From: a virus
Taxonomy: Duplodnaviria > Caudoviricetes
DNA: 59,750 nt
Virus record (IMG/VR): IMGVR_UViG_3300027743_000032
Span: 1 to 59,750 of that record
Reading direction: 5' to 3' (one strand)
Shown: piece after piece, positions 45,863-55,597 of the stretch
Layout of the letters: each line of letters starts with the position of its first letter
How positions within the stretch are numbered: the stretch's first letter is position 1
Position numbers and translations under genes: made by a program
The notes under the pieces: generated by a model
Told to the model about the DNA's origin: nothing
Databases searched by the model: none
What the model saw: the letters and a program-made list of their open reading frames with translations, nothing else

Positions 45863-48249
45863 GCTGTCTCTTTCTTCTTGAGAATCCAGGTTTTCACACC
45901 GGCTAGTGTGACGCCCTGTTCGATATCGATGATCTTTTTTAGCGAGGCTTGCATCGCACTGAGCTTCTTACCCAGAACGACGCTGTTTCTGTACGCCACC
46001 TTGAAGCTCTGCGAATCGTCTGCCGAGGCTTCTAGCATACCCCACAACTGCGCGCTGGTGTACGGCTTTACTTCTTTGGTGTTCGTCACGAAGCGTGTGA
46101 CGGCTCCTACTAGCAAGCCTTCTTCTTCGAGCGAGAACGTCTGCTGTGCGGACTTCACATCCTCGATGGCGCTCTTGAACTCGATTTCACACCCCAGCGC
46201 CTGAGCGATCCACAGTCCGTAGCGGGCGAAATCTTCGATGCGAAACTGTGGAATGCCTGTTGAGGGGAGGGGTGTACGTAGGACTTTCTGAATATCGTTG
46301 ATGATCGCTCCCCACAGAACGTTGCGCTTCTCGTTCAGATCGGCCAGGATCAGCTCTTCCGAGATAAACCGCTCGAATCTGCTGAACGTAAACAGTAAGA
46401 ACCGATCCGCCACATCCTCACGACCGAACTTAGGATTGTGGGCGGTCACACCAATGATGGCCTGGCGGCGCATAGTGACCGAATCTGTATCGGTGTAGAG
46501 CTTACGTTTGTTGTGATCGGTGGTGCCTGCCGAGAGTGCGAGCCTATCAGGAAGCCACTTCTCCCAGGTGTCTACATTGTCCAGAACCAGGAGGGGTTCT
46601 GTTGATACCGTATGATCGAAGTCCTCTTGTGTGGTCACAGCCCCAATGGACTTGCGCCGGCCGTATAGCGTCGTATAGATTCGCTTGAAGATACACGTCT
46701 TGCCGGAGCCGGGCTGGCCGATGTTGGCGATGACAGGTCTGGTGTGTGCCGCGTCTCTGAATAAGACGAACAAGAACCATGTCTTGAACAGTGCCATAGC
46801 TTGAGCTGGCGTCATGTTGGTGATGTTATCGACGCCTGAGCCATAGCCGCGGGAGCCGTTGCCGAATAACTCGTTGCCCCAATCAATTGAGTTGCGATAA
46901 TTTGGGATGAACGGTTCGACGCTAGGTATCCAGGGGAATACGATGTTGTCACACCCGTTGTAGCTGGTTTGGATATCGGTGTCTGTAATCTTGATAACAC
47001 CACGTTTGCCCGTATGCAGGAGCATCGTGTTGTCTTGTGGGTTGTAGTACGACAACGCTGCTTCTAGTGCTGTCTCGGGCAGCGTACTAATGTGTGACTT
47101 AAGGCCGGCTACACAGTACCGTGATTCCGGTTCTGTCTGGTTCAAGCCGAATTGGATATCGAGCATCGCCCGCAGTCGTTCGCTGAGCAACTCGACTGCA
47201 AGCGGACGCCCAACGTCCGACCGGATGTACCAGCCCTTACCTGTGGTGGTGTGAAAGAACGCCCCCTGCTTGCGTAGCTCGTCTAACACCGTACTGTAGA
47301 TCGTACGCCTTTTATCTATGGTAGGTACGCTGGACTTTTGTACGTTGTAGATCGTCAGCTTAGGGTCTTGCTGGTTCGTCTTGACCGCGTGTTCCGCACG
47401 TAGAACGTCACGCGCCAGGTCAGCTTCGGCGCGATATTTATTGTCGCGGTACTTGTTATTAGCACTCGCACTCGCCAGAACGAATACTTCTTCTCGGTCG
47501 AGGCCAGCCTTGAACCCCCAACACATTAAGGCCCATAACGCTTCACTACGATCATCTTGTGCGCGGTCGTAGGTGACGTAGACCTTAACAGGAATGTCGT
47601 TCTTGATGCGCTCAAGCAGTTCTACTGGATGCTGCTTGACATCGTGTGTACCTTCGATGAAGTTGCCATCGAAATGCTCTATCAGAGTCGGGCTTACCTC
47701 TGGAAGTGCCTCGAACTCTTCTGGCCCAAGCGGGTTATTGTGACTTGATATAACGTGAACTTGCTTGGGGCCGTCCGGATACTTGTGGTTGAGTGTACCC
47801 GGAATGCGTACCTTCTTACCGAGAGGCCATCCCGACCTATCACACAGCGGAATGCTGTAACTAAGCTTCTTAGACAGACCTTCGTGTGATTCTGGATCGA
47901 GCTGCTCGTTGATGATCCAGTAGCCCTGATGTCTACCTGGGCTAGTCTCTACCAGAACAGAAGGTGGCTTGGGCAGCTTCGTTACGTCTGCATCGTCAAG
48001 GTCTGCCTGTAAGGTTCGTGACGGGAGTACGTTTGCTTTCGTACTCTGAGGAGCCTTGAACAGATACGAGCTAAAGTAGACATTCGCCGTGCTCTTTGCG
48101 TCGTCGGCACGTTCGACGATTCTATCCAGGTCTTGCGGCCACTTGTACCAACTCTCTAGCCATCCCGAGCTGCCGTTCGAAACTGCTAGACAGAAGTATC
48201 CAGGTTGGTCACATGTAATGACCGTGCGTAGGAAGTCAGCCGTGTTCAT
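45859..48249 (-). CDS. RepB-type primase fused to a P-loop helicase
   Basis: QADLDD..VETSPGRHQGYW..RIPGTLNHKY; DRSEAL; GQPGSGKT; LVLDNVD. Confidence 0.88.
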   Translation of the reverse strand: MNTADFLRTVITCDQPGYFCLAVSNGSSGWLESWYKWPQDLDRIVERADDAKSTANVYFSSYLFKAPQSTKANVLPSRTLQADLDDADVTKLPKPPSVLVETSPGRHQGYWIINEQLDPESHEGLSKKLSYSIPLCDRSGWPLGKKVRIPGTLNHKYPDGPKQVHVISSHNNPLGPEEFEALPEVSPTLIEHFDGNFIEGTHDVKQHPVELLERIKNDIPVKVYVTYDRAQDDRSEALWALMCWGFKAGLDREEVFVLASASANNKYRDNKYRAEADLARDVLRAEHAVKTNQQDPKLTIYNVQKSSVPTIDKRRTIYSTVLDELRKQGAFFHTTTGKGWYIRSDVGRPLAVELLSERLRAMLDIQFGLNQTEPESRYCVAGLKSHISTLPETALEAALSYYNPQDNTMLLHTGKRGVIKITDTDIQTSYNGCDNIVFPWIPSVEPFIPNYRNSIDWGNELFGNGSRGYGSGVDNITNMTPAQAMALFKTWFLFVLFRDAAHTRPVIANIGQPGSGKTCIFKRIYTTLYGRRKSIGAVTTQEDFDHTVSTEPLLVLDNVDTWEKWLPDRLALSAGTTDHNKRKLYTDTDSVTMRRQAIIGVTAHNPKFGREDVADRFLLFTFSRFERFISEELILADLNEKRNVLWGAIINDIQKVLRTPLPSTGIPQFRIEDFARYGLWIAQALGCEIEFKSAIEDVKSAQQTFSLEEEGLLVGAVTRFVTNTKEVKPYTSAQLWGMLEASADDSQSFKVAYRNSVVLGKKLSAMQASLKKIIDIEQGVTLAGVKTWILKKKETA

Positions 48250-48536
48250 GCGACTTTATCACAGGTAACAGTCACAACCCCGCCCCCTCTGCAGGTCGTG
48301 CGGTGTTCTTCTTGAAGCGTGATGATTTGCAGATTTAGCTCATGCAAGACGGCATCAAGCGGCACCCATGCGGGGATGTCACACAAGCACCGGTCATGGT
48401 ATGCCTCATCTTCTTGCACAGTGAAGCAGACCCTACAAACGAGGGGCATAGGGTCTGGGAAAGTCACCTTACGCAAGTCAGACAACATGCGATGGCGCTC
48501 TACCAAGTGTGCGTGTGCAGAACCGTGATGAGGCAT
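48246..48536 (-). CDS. Hypothetical Cys-containing protein
   Basis: ATGA overlap with the primase. Confidence 0.5.
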   Translation of the reverse strand: MPHHGSAHAHLVERHRMLSDLRKVTFPDPMPLVCRVCFTVQEDEAYHDRCLCDIPAWVPLDAVLHELNLQIITLQEEHRTTCRGGGVVTVTCDKVA

Positions 48537-48558
48537 ACCGTTTCTTAGACCAGCTGGA

Positions 48559-48990
48559 TTAGACTTCGCGCAGCTTGATCGCGGTGATCTCGTTGCGCTG
48601 CTGCGGGTCGCCGCCGTTGTCGGGAATCCAAGTGCGCTGCGTGATCGTGAGCGTGACCGGCGTAGGAACCTGACCGAACACCTGGTTCAGAATGGCCTCC
48701 AGGTCTACGCTGTCAGACTTCAGCTCGCTCGGATCGACGCCCATGTTCACCAAGTCCTGAGACAGACGCCACAGAGCGCCAGGCTTCAGGTTCCAACGTG
48801 CGATGATCGAGCGGTTAGCCGTCTCGCCGTCGCCGTTGGTGTACTCGAAGCGGAACTTGCCTTCGATGTTCGTACTATCTCCGGCTTTCGTGTCCTTCGC
48901 TTCCCACGATTCCGTCACGCCGTCGTAGTTTCCCGGCGGTACGGGTTCGAAGCTGGGGATGTTCTGGAAGTCAATTCTACCCAAAGGCAT
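48559..48990 (-). CDS. DUF669-like single-stranded DNA-binding protein
   Basis: IDF..FEPVPPGNY..KDTKAGD..ALWRL..RNEI pattern; within the Sak4/nuclease module. Confidence 0.7.
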   Translation of the reverse strand: MPLGRIDFQNIPSFEPVPPGNYDGVTESWEAKDTKAGDSTNIEGKFRFEYTNGDGETANRSIIARWNLKPGALWRLSQDLVNMGVDPSELKSDSVDLEAILNQVFGQVPTPVTLTITQRTWIPDNGGDPQQRNEITAIKLREV

Positions 48991-49006
48991 TGCTGTTCTT
49001 TCTTGT

Positions 49007-49066
49007 AGCTGTGATACTGGCTGTGGCTGTGGCTGTGGCTGTGGCTGTGATCGTGGCTGCGGCTGC
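49007..49066. repeat. Period-6 tandem repeat (GGCTGT x5 plus degenerate units) in the SSB leader
   Basis: agctgt gatact ggctgt x5 gatcgt ggctgc ggctgc. Confidence 0.9.
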
Positions 49067-49117
49067 GGTTCTTATTCTGACGCCTCCCATTCTAGGCCAC
49101 TCGACGGCCCTACCCCA

Positions 49118-49147
49118 AGTATACCACACGGGGCACCCCGCCGTCAA
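49118..49147 (-). promoter_or_regulatory. Promoter TTGACG-18-TATACT with GTGTGG extended -10
   Basis: Same architecture as 53699-53728 and 56737-56765; upstream of the SSB gene. Confidence 0.75.
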
Positions 49148-49536
49148 GTCTTTGGCGGGGCTGGTTTTAAACTCGTTCTAGCTGCTTCGAATGTGTCGTA
49201 CTGAGTGAAATTCAGCAGGTGATAGAATGCGTTTTCGCGGGGGCCTACGATCACAAGCCTCTTCGCGTGAGCGTATGCATAACCCGCTTCGAAATGGCGA
49301 CCGCCGCGTTTGTACTCAGTAGGGACGTTATCAGCCTCAGTAAAGGCCATGAATACTTCGGCTGCTCGGATGCACTCAAGATCGTGCTGAGAGTACGTAG
49401 CAGGCGTCCAGGGCGGCTTTTCGTGTATGCCCGTCAGCCACTCGCTAGTAATAACGTGACCGTCTTGCGTGAGCTGGTGTGCGTACGTAGCCAGAGCTAC
49501 ACGCTTGTAATAAGAACCTGCGAGATATATTTTCAC
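49144..49536 (-). CDS. Nucleoside 2-deoxyribosyltransferase/DNPH1-like hydrolase
   Basis: MKIYLAG, DLECIRAAE, GGRHFEAGYA, ENAF. Confidence 0.8.
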   Translation of the reverse strand: MKIYLAGSYYKRVALATYAHQLTQDGHVITSEWLTGIHEKPPWTPATYSQHDLECIRAAEVFMAFTEADNVPTEYKRGGRHFEAGYAYAHAKRLVIVGPRENAFYHLLNFTQYDTFEAARTSLKPAPPKT

Positions 49537-50366
49537 TTAGCGGTCGTAGGACGGGCGTGATCGGCAGTAGGCCAGGGCTGATGGTCACGGATCGTATTCA
49601 GAAGTGGGGCTAGCGACGGGTTGTAAATCTGAAATGGAATCTCCATCGCTGCCGGATCGTTACGGTCACGCTGCATCTTCGCCTGGTGGATCGTTTCCAT
49701 AGGAGAGAAATCCAACAGCCGACGCCAGGGCGGAGCGGTTTCGTACACGTACAGCCGACCGAGGAAGTTAATCAAGCTAGGAATCTGCGCCTGGAGTGCC
49801 TTGTTGAATGCGATTTCTGATCGGGCTTCGATCTTCTGGTTCATGACGGTGCGTGCTTCTTGTGTCTCTTGCATGACGAACACAAGATTCACCTTGGGGC
49901 CTGTCGTTGTCAGATCAACGTAGTTTCGGATCAACTGCATCACGTCTGCCGTGGAGGCGCTGTGATGTTCCCACTTGACGTTGGCTACTGGCCCGTATAG
50001 ATCGCGCAGGTCAATCGACCAGGCTTCGGAGAGGGTGTCGATGATTACTGACTTGTAGCCGAGGTCTTTCTCTTTTAGTAGTGACTGCCTGATCTTTTCT
50101 AGATCGTCGAACTTGTTGATCGTCACCACGTCGATGCGATCTGCATACGAGCTGATAACGTGAGGATTGCCGCGCGCGTCGATGTACAGAGCCGGGCTAC
50201 CGAGCGGAGTATCAGTGATCGTAGCGGCCAGCGTCGTCTTGCCTGTGCCTGGCGGCCCGTAGATACCCAGTACCAAACCGCGCTCTTCGTTAGACACGGG
50301 CTTAACGTCTAAGCCCCCTAGCTTTCGTATGACTGACTGTGCATTACTCGGCGTGAGCGTTACCAT
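49533..50366 (-). CDS. Sak4-like AAA_24 ATPase (recombinase)
   Basis: GIYGPPGTGKTTLA, YKSVIIDTLSE. Confidence 0.82.
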   Translation of the reverse strand: MVTLTPSNAQSVIRKLGGLDVKPVSNEERGLVLGIYGPPGTGKTTLAATITDTPLGSPALYIDARGNPHVISSYADRIDVVTINKFDDLEKIRQSLLKEKDLGYKSVIIDTLSEAWSIDLRDLYGPVANVKWEHHSASTADVMQLIRNYVDLTTTGPKVNLVFVMQETQEARTVMNQKIEARSEIAFNKALQAQIPSLINFLGRLYVYETAPPWRRLLDFSPMETIHQAKMQRDRNDPAAMEIPFQIYNPSLAPLLNTIRDHQPWPTADHARPTTAK

Positions 50367-50628
50367 GTCTGCGTATCTTTCCTCGTGGCTTAGTCTGACG
50401 TAGCTCGGTGAAGCCCAGATCAGTCCAGTGTATGATGTAGCGTCGTGCCGTGCCATTAGGCATGGTCACAACTCCCTCCTCTTTGTGTTGGGTGTCTGGC
50501 TCGTGCTTCTCTAGTTGACAAGTAAAGGTAACTCCGTTAGGCAGGTAAAGCTTCTGCGTACACTTGCGTACCCTGAGGGTTTTCAAGGCCAGCGAACCCG
50601 CGGCTGGTGTGCCTGCTCGGGTGGTCAC
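50344..50628 (-). CDS. Hypothetical protein
   Basis: C...CQLEKH..H; GTGA overlap. Confidence 0.5.
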   Translation of the reverse strand: MTTRAGTPAAGSLALKTLRVRKCTQKLYLPNGVTFTCQLEKHEPDTQHKEEGVVTMPNGTARRYIIHWTDLGFTELRQTKPRGKIRRHGNAHAE

Positions 50629-51545
50629 GCCGCTTCCTCTTCGTCGTCTACTTCGATGTCGTCTGGTCTGATCGTGTATGTAGACGCTACGAGAGCGTCG
50701 AAGTTAGCATGTTCGCCACGCGACTGTGCCATGCACAACGGATCGTACTGGCAATCGAAACAACCCTGCCACCTGCGATTTGGAAAGGCTTTCTCAGAGT
50801 GTGTGTATAAGTCATACATCTCAGTGGCGATCTGAGGGAGGAATGCGCCGAACTCATCTAGTTCGTTCTGGCTACGTGTGATCGTCACTCGTAAAAATAA
50901 ATCGTCGAACGAACGTCCCTTGGGTGGTTCTGTCCTGCGCCACGCACCGTCGTATGCGATAGCTGGCGTCTTGTCTGTGAGATTTAGTTGCTGAAGCAAC
51001 CACATGTAGGCGAGGAACTGAAAATTAGTCTGCAAACCTTTCAGATTAGGGCGGCTTTTATAAGTCTTTCTTTCGAGGACATCGAGCCGGCCTGTGTGGT
51101 GACGGATAAGACCGTCCAAGCGGCCCGTCAGGAAGTGCGGTGTGCCGGGGATCGGAACGGCGATCTTCTGTTCGGCGCTGACTAAGGTGTACTCTGGTGG
51201 GAGAGGGTACTTATACTTGATGTAATAGTTGGCTGCCATCGAGAGTGCCATATCGATGGCTTCGTGCAGTGTGAGTAGTTCTACGCTAGACGGAGGCACG
51301 CCGACGTTCTTGGTGTAATTAGCAATAGTCTGCTCTTGGCTCTCTGCTGAGGCGTCAAGCACATGGAAGTTCAGGTCTTTCTTGGGATCGGTGATCCACA
51401 ACTGTTGTGCCCTATGAAAGATCGTGCCTACAGACAGATGCAATGGGCTGAAGATGGGTGTGAGCGCGCGGGCGTTTCGACTGCTATAAACGGCCATACG
51501 CCGGCAACGTTCATAGTTCTGGATTTCGGTGACGGAGAAGTTCAC
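50625..51545 (-). CDS. PD-(D/E)XK exonuclease (Cas4/RecB-like)
   Basis: SVTEI..Y..C, GTIFH, GRLDGL, ERKT, Q...Y, C..CQY..LC. Confidence 0.85.
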   Translation of the reverse strand: MNFSVTEIQNYERCRRMAVYSSRNARALTPIFSPLHLSVGTIFHRAQQLWITDPKKDLNFHVLDASAESQEQTIANYTKNVGVPPSSVELLTLHEAIDMALSMAANYYIKYKYPLPPEYTLVSAEQKIAVPIPGTPHFLTGRLDGLIRHHTGRLDVLERKTYKSRPNLKGLQTNFQFLAYMWLLQQLNLTDKTPAIAYDGAWRRTEPPKGRSFDDLFLRVTITRSQNELDEFGAFLPQIATEMYDLYTHSEKAFPNRRWQGCFDCQYDPLCMAQSRGEHANFDALVASTYTIRPDDIEVDDEEEAA

Positions 51546-51934
51546 TTGGCTTTCCTCAAGTATTCGTAGATGCGTGACTTGTTTCGATTGAACCATCTAG
51601 GGTTCGAGTATCGGTTGCGGTACTTCTCGTAAATGCCCAGCTGCATGTTGCACACGTTACATAACAGACCGCGAACCCTGCCTGTAGTGTGGCAGTGATC
51701 GATCACGAGTGTCATAGCGTGGTATGGCCTGTCGCAGATCAGACACTTGCCGAACTGACTTAGATACATGTTGTGTCGTTGATCTGCTGTAATGCCGTAT
51801 GTACGACGGTAGTAGCCGTCTCGAATTACAGGTAGGTTGTGGTGGGGAGCACAGGCGTTGCTGCAGTATTTGGACGAGTAGCCTTTTCGGTAGTAGAATA
51901 AGGCATCGCACGTCGCACAGATTAGTGTTCTCAT
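51542..51934 (-). CDS. Recombination endonuclease VII-like protein
   Basis: YGIT..Q.GKCLIC..IDHCHTTGRVRGLLCNVCN. Confidence 0.9.
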   Translation of the reverse strand: MRTLICATCDALFYYRKGYSSKYCSNACAPHHNLPVIRDGYYRRTYGITADQRHNMYLSQFGKCLICDRPYHAMTLVIDHCHTTGRVRGLLCNVCNMQLGIYEKYRNRYSNPRWFNRNKSRIYEYLRKAK

Positions 51935-52134
51935 TTGGGTTCTTCGATTGGCTGCATGACGTGTTGTAGTTGGTGTGACACCATGCACTCTTTGTTACAG
52001 AATACGTGTAGCAGGCGACCGTAGGCGAAGTAGGTACGGTGGGTTTTAGAATGGCAGTAGACGCAACCGCGCGGTCTTTCTTTGATCGAGAACGGTATTC
52101 TGACGGCTGTGATTGCGCCTACTCGTACGTTCAC
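51931..52134 (-). CDS. Small zinc-finger protein
   Basis: CVYC...FCNKEC. Confidence 0.5.
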   Translation of the reverse strand: MNVRVGAITAVRIPFSIKERPRGCVYCHSKTHRTYFAYGRLLHVFCNKECMVSHQLQHVMQPIEEPK

Positions 52135-52457
52135 TTGACCTTCTTTCTCGGGCTGCGAGGATCGTTTCTTGGTGCGCCGTACACTCTAGGCATTTCGTCC
52201 CCGACGTTTCGGGCCGGTGTCTCACGCCGAACGTGTGTGGGCTGTGGATACTCTGCGTTTTGCCTTGCTTGCTTGAGCGCCGTCACAGCCCTCTCAGCGC
52301 GAGCGATCTGGGCGGCGAGTTCCAAAACATTTGGGTGTGCAGCCCCGAGTGTTATTTTTAACGCGAGTTTATAACGTGCGTAACCCGCAAGCGCATTCTG
52401 CACATCTTCGATCAGAGCATCGAACTCTCGTGACGATAAGTCTATTTCATATTTCAA
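52131..52457 (-). CDS. Hypothetical coiled-coil protein
   Basis: AAGGAG RBS; TTG start. Confidence 0.55.
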   Translation of the reverse strand: MKYEIDLSSREFDALIEDVQNALAGYARYKLALKITLGAAHPNVLELAAQIARAERAVTALKQARQNAEYPQPTHVRRETPARNVGDEMPRVYGAPRNDPRSPRKKVK

Positions 52458-52630
52458 TGCCAGGGGTTCTCCTTATCTTCTAAAATATACTTGACGGCTA
52501 TTTCGTGCCGCTCGTACCATTTTAGTTTAGAAAAGCAATCTCTACAAAGTTTGATTTGTCTATACGTAACGAGCCGGAGGCGACGTGTCCCCGGCTTGTT
52601 ACATATGCCGCACAGGAGCGGAAGTTTCAA
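52454..52630 (-). CDS. 58-aa zinc-finger protein (below cutoff)
   Basis: LCGICNKPG...LCRDCF; stop overlaps the next start. Confidence 0.45.
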   Translation of the reverse strand: MKLPLLCGICNKPGTRRLRLVTYRQIKLCRDCFSKLKWYERHEIAVKYILEDKENPWH

Positions 52631-52755
52631 GGGCTAGTAGTCGTCTTGTCGTTGAGAGGTTGGGTTGTTGGTGGAAGCTATTATCACTATCAACGCTGCA
52701 AACGCTAGCGCGATCAGGGTGGCTGTGACAGCAAATAATATTATGACTACTCTCT

Positions 52756-53088
52756 TCATTCGCTCGCCTTAATTAATCTGTAGGCGTCGAGTTCGGCTTT
52801 GAGTTCATCGTAGTGTTCGTCTAACAGGGTACGAATGATGATCGAACGTGTGAGCTTGTGACGGAGCATCCTGCGCCACGCTTCTAGCCCCGCGGTTTCC
52901 GGTGCGGGCGGAGCTGGACGGGGTTGTGGCTGCGCTAGTCTGGCCTTGGCTGCGTTCTCAGTGGCTTTGGCTTGCATCTCCATCTGATGCTGTTCGAGTA
53001 GCTGCTGGATGATGGCGGCACGCAGCCGACGTTGCTCGCGCTGTGCCTCGCGCCGCTCTTCTGGTGTGTTGTACTTTCTAGTGGTCAT
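52756..53088 (-). CDS. Helical protein with YNTPEER motif
   Basis: Shares the motif with 7862-8290 and 56899-57297. Confidence 0.65.
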   Translation of the reverse strand: MTTRKYNTPEERREAQREQRRLRAAIIQQLLEQHQMEMQAKATENAAKARLAQPQPRPAPPAPETAGLEAWRRMLRHKLTRSIIIRTLLDEHYDELKAELDAYRLIKASE

Positions 53089-53275
53089 GTCACACCCCTT
53101 TAGGCGCGAGCCGTGCGACCGGCGTCGTGAATACGCAACTTGCGCTTGATTTCGTCGTTACGGCAGTCTACAGAACAGTAGTGGTGGCGCTTGGGACTAC
53201 CTATGCGCTCGATGGTTTCGGTGTGGCGGGGGCAATCCTGATAATCGCAGCGCGGGCCTTGGTGCGTTGTCGTTG

Positions 53276-53653
53276 TCATGCTGTCTTTCCTCCGTGGCGG
53301 TAGGGGCGGTACTTGTTGTACTCTAGCTTCTCTTCGAGTACCTTGATGAACTCGTCGGTCAGTCCGTACTTGCCAACTGTGTCGCCGATCCGAATGAACA
53401 CGTCGGCCAATTCAGAAAGAAAACCCTCGGGCTTTTCGATGAAGCCGTCGGGTACGAGAACCTGCCGTGCTGCGTTATAGTACGTCTCGCCTACGCCGTG
53501 ACCTGCGCGGACTTCCTCTGCTGCTTCCGCTAGCTCAGTCACCATGAGCATAAGCTGTTCTAGGATTGGTCTGTCGCCGCTCTCCCACCAGCCTTTTTCC
53601 AGTGCGGTTGCGTGACTGTCGATGATGAGTGATCTGATCGTACGTTCCGGCAC
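53276..53653 (-). CDS. MazG-like NTP pyrophosphohydrolase
   Basis: LMVTELAEAAEEVR, ELADVFIRIGD, KLEYNKYRPYRHGGK. Confidence 0.88.
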   Translation of the reverse strand: MPERTIRSLIIDSHATALEKGWWESGDRPILEQLMLMVTELAEAAEEVRAGHGVGETYYNAARQVLVPDGFIEKPEGFLSELADVFIRIGDTVGKYGLTDEFIKVLEEKLEYNKYRPYRHGGKTA

Positions 53654-53698
53654 TATTCTGACTCCTTGTGGGGTGGGGCGCTGTGTGGGCCTACATCT

Positions 53699-53728
53699 AG
53701 TATACCACACAGGACGCCCCCCTGTCAA
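53699..53728 (-). promoter_or_regulatory. Promoter TTGACA-18-TATACT with GTGTGG extended -10
   Basis: Read directly; upstream of the MazG-like gene. Confidence 0.78.
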
Positions 53729-53746
53729 GCCCCTCGGGCGTATCTG

Positions 53747-55168
53747 CTAAAGGATGCCGATTGCTTCCTTCAGCACGCTCATGGCGTTGCCCGATGCACG
53801 GTCACGTGCCGTCGTGTAGACGACCTGATCTACTGTGTTGGTGTAGCGTGTCCAGTAGATAATGACAGGATCGTTGCTGTCGTCGGGTGTGGTGCGGTGA
53901 CGGACTACTCTCGACAATGCCTGGTACTGCTGGCCCGGTACGTACGACTGCTCGACGAAGATTACCGTACGGCAGTCCGACATGTCCACGCCTTCGCTGA
54001 GGCTTTCCTCGGTCGCTACTCTGACGCGCTGCCCTTCCATACCGTGAGCTAGATCACGACGCTCGGGAGCTGCGATAGCGCCTGTGATAAGCGCACCGTC
54101 GAGTGCTTTTGCGAGAACCTGGGCGGTGTCACGATACCAACAGAACACCAGGATGGGCGCGTCACCCGGAGTGTCGTCTACGATCTGCTTAACCGCCTCG
54201 ATCTTCTCTTTGGTGACGGTCAGCTTACGTAAGGCGTGAAGCACTGCACCGGCATTGAAGTACAACTGATGCGTTTCGCCGCGCTCGTTTGCTTCTTCCA
54301 GCTCTAGACGATAATAGTCTTTGAGCTTGTTGTAGCGTGTTAGATCGTCGTCCTTGAGCTTCATTGTGATATGCTTGTCGATCCGCTCCGGAAGGAACAT
54401 ATGCACATCACTGTACGTGCGGCCCAGCATGTAGTCCGCAGTATCCTCTTCGAGACGCTTGGGGCTGCGTGAACGTACGATCCTCGTTCCCCAACCTGAC
54501 GCATCGACGACGGCGTAGGTCTGAATGAAGCTCCAGTAGCTCGACCACTTCTTCGGGTCTAAGATGTGAAGCAGATGGTACAAGTCACCCACGTCTTTAA
54601 AGACTGGAGTGGCCGTCAGTCCGTACACATTGGGTGTGCGAGCTGCCATCTGACGAAGGCCGACGGATCGCTTCGCTTCACGGTTGCGAAAGTGGTGAAA
54701 TTCGTCAGCGATCAGGGTCTTGACCGGCGGAACGAAGTACGTCCTGAACGCATCGTGGTTGACGATGATCCACTTGTTCGGATTAGGGTCGGCTTCGAAC
54801 TCCTTGAACACAGCGTCTCGCTTGATGATATCGCCGTACGCTGCGACGTGAACAGTATGATGTGGATACTGCTCTTCGATGAAGTCACGCCACTGATCGA
54901 CCAGGCTGAGAGGGGCTGTGATACACGCTGGCAGCTCTGCCGCCTCGATGGCCTGGAACGTCTTGCCAAGTCCGGGGGCATCACCCAATATCGCGCGCTT
55001 CTTCTCACGCAGAAAACGCACACCCTGCGACTGGTATGGCCGCAGCAGATACGTCATTGCGCCAGACGGCAGGACTTCTTCTGTGAGAGCTGCTTCGTTG
55101 CGAGCCTCACGAATCGCCGAAGCGATCTTTCCTTGTGACCTGAACTGGTCTAGGATACTACCGGGCAT
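53747..55168 (-). CDS. SNF2-family helicase
   Basis: LRPYQ, DAPGLGKT, DEFH, LTATP, SEGVD, QALSRVVR. Confidence 0.9.
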   Translation of the reverse strand: MPGSILDQFRSQGKIASAIREARNEAALTEEVLPSGAMTYLLRPYQSQGVRFLREKKRAILGDAPGLGKTFQAIEAAELPACITAPLSLVDQWRDFIEEQYPHHTVHVAAYGDIIKRDAVFKEFEADPNPNKWIIVNHDAFRTYFVPPVKTLIADEFHHFRNREAKRSVGLRQMAARTPNVYGLTATPVFKDVGDLYHLLHILDPKKWSSYWSFIQTYAVVDASGWGTRIVRSRSPKRLEEDTADYMLGRTYSDVHMFLPERIDKHITMKLKDDDLTRYNKLKDYYRLELEEANERGETHQLYFNAGAVLHALRKLTVTKEKIEAVKQIVDDTPGDAPILVFCWYRDTAQVLAKALDGALITGAIAAPERRDLAHGMEGQRVRVATEESLSEGVDMSDCRTVIFVEQSYVPGQQYQALSRVVRHRTTPDDSNDPVIIYWTRYTNTVDQVVYTTARDRASGNAMSVLKEAIGIL

Positions 55169-55278
55169 CAGTGTCTCTTTCTGTATGCGTCGTACAGGAT
55201 CGCCATTATGACCATGAGAGCGAACACCAACAGGATGTGTGATGCTGCTACCAGGTCAAAGCCGCTGCCGTCCGTCAT

Positions 55279-55596
55279 TTATAGAGGGAACTTGAGCGGT
55301 GGAGCGTCGGATATTTTGATCGCTACGTACCCGAACTTGTACCCGAGTGCGTGAACCATGTAACCGCAGGGTGTACCGTTGGCTTTCTCGTCGTGCTTGT
55401 ACCTCTCGTAGATTCCGACGGATTTGCGACCGTCGCTAGTCTGAACAAGGATCGTTGGGTTTGAGCTGGTCGAACGCTCGCCGCACTTGGGACACGTCCA
55501 CTGTACGTAGACATCCTGCCCATCTTCGATCAGCGGCCCCATCATGCGGCAGAGGGTTTGCGAATCAACGTCGTTGCGGTGCGGCTGGTAAGGCAT
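55279..55596 (-). CDS. Hypothetical protein with CPKCG
   Basis: Probable start MPYQPH. Confidence 0.5.
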   Translation of the reverse strand: MPYQPHRNDVDSQTLCRMMGPLIEDGQDVYVQWTCPKCGERSTSSNPTILVQTSDGRKSVGIYERYKHDEKANGTPCGYMVHALGYKFGYVAIKISDAPPLKFPL

Positions 55597-55597
55597 G

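Noticed and set aside
48959-49204. ORFs reading CGCGCG or AVAVAV
   Set aside because: Translations of the hexamer repeat on the non-coding strand; not metallothionein or TM proteins.
50625-51545. Cas4-like nuclease as evidence of a CRISPR system
   Set aside because: Ordinary phage PD-(D/E)XK exonuclease within the Sak4/SSB recombination module.
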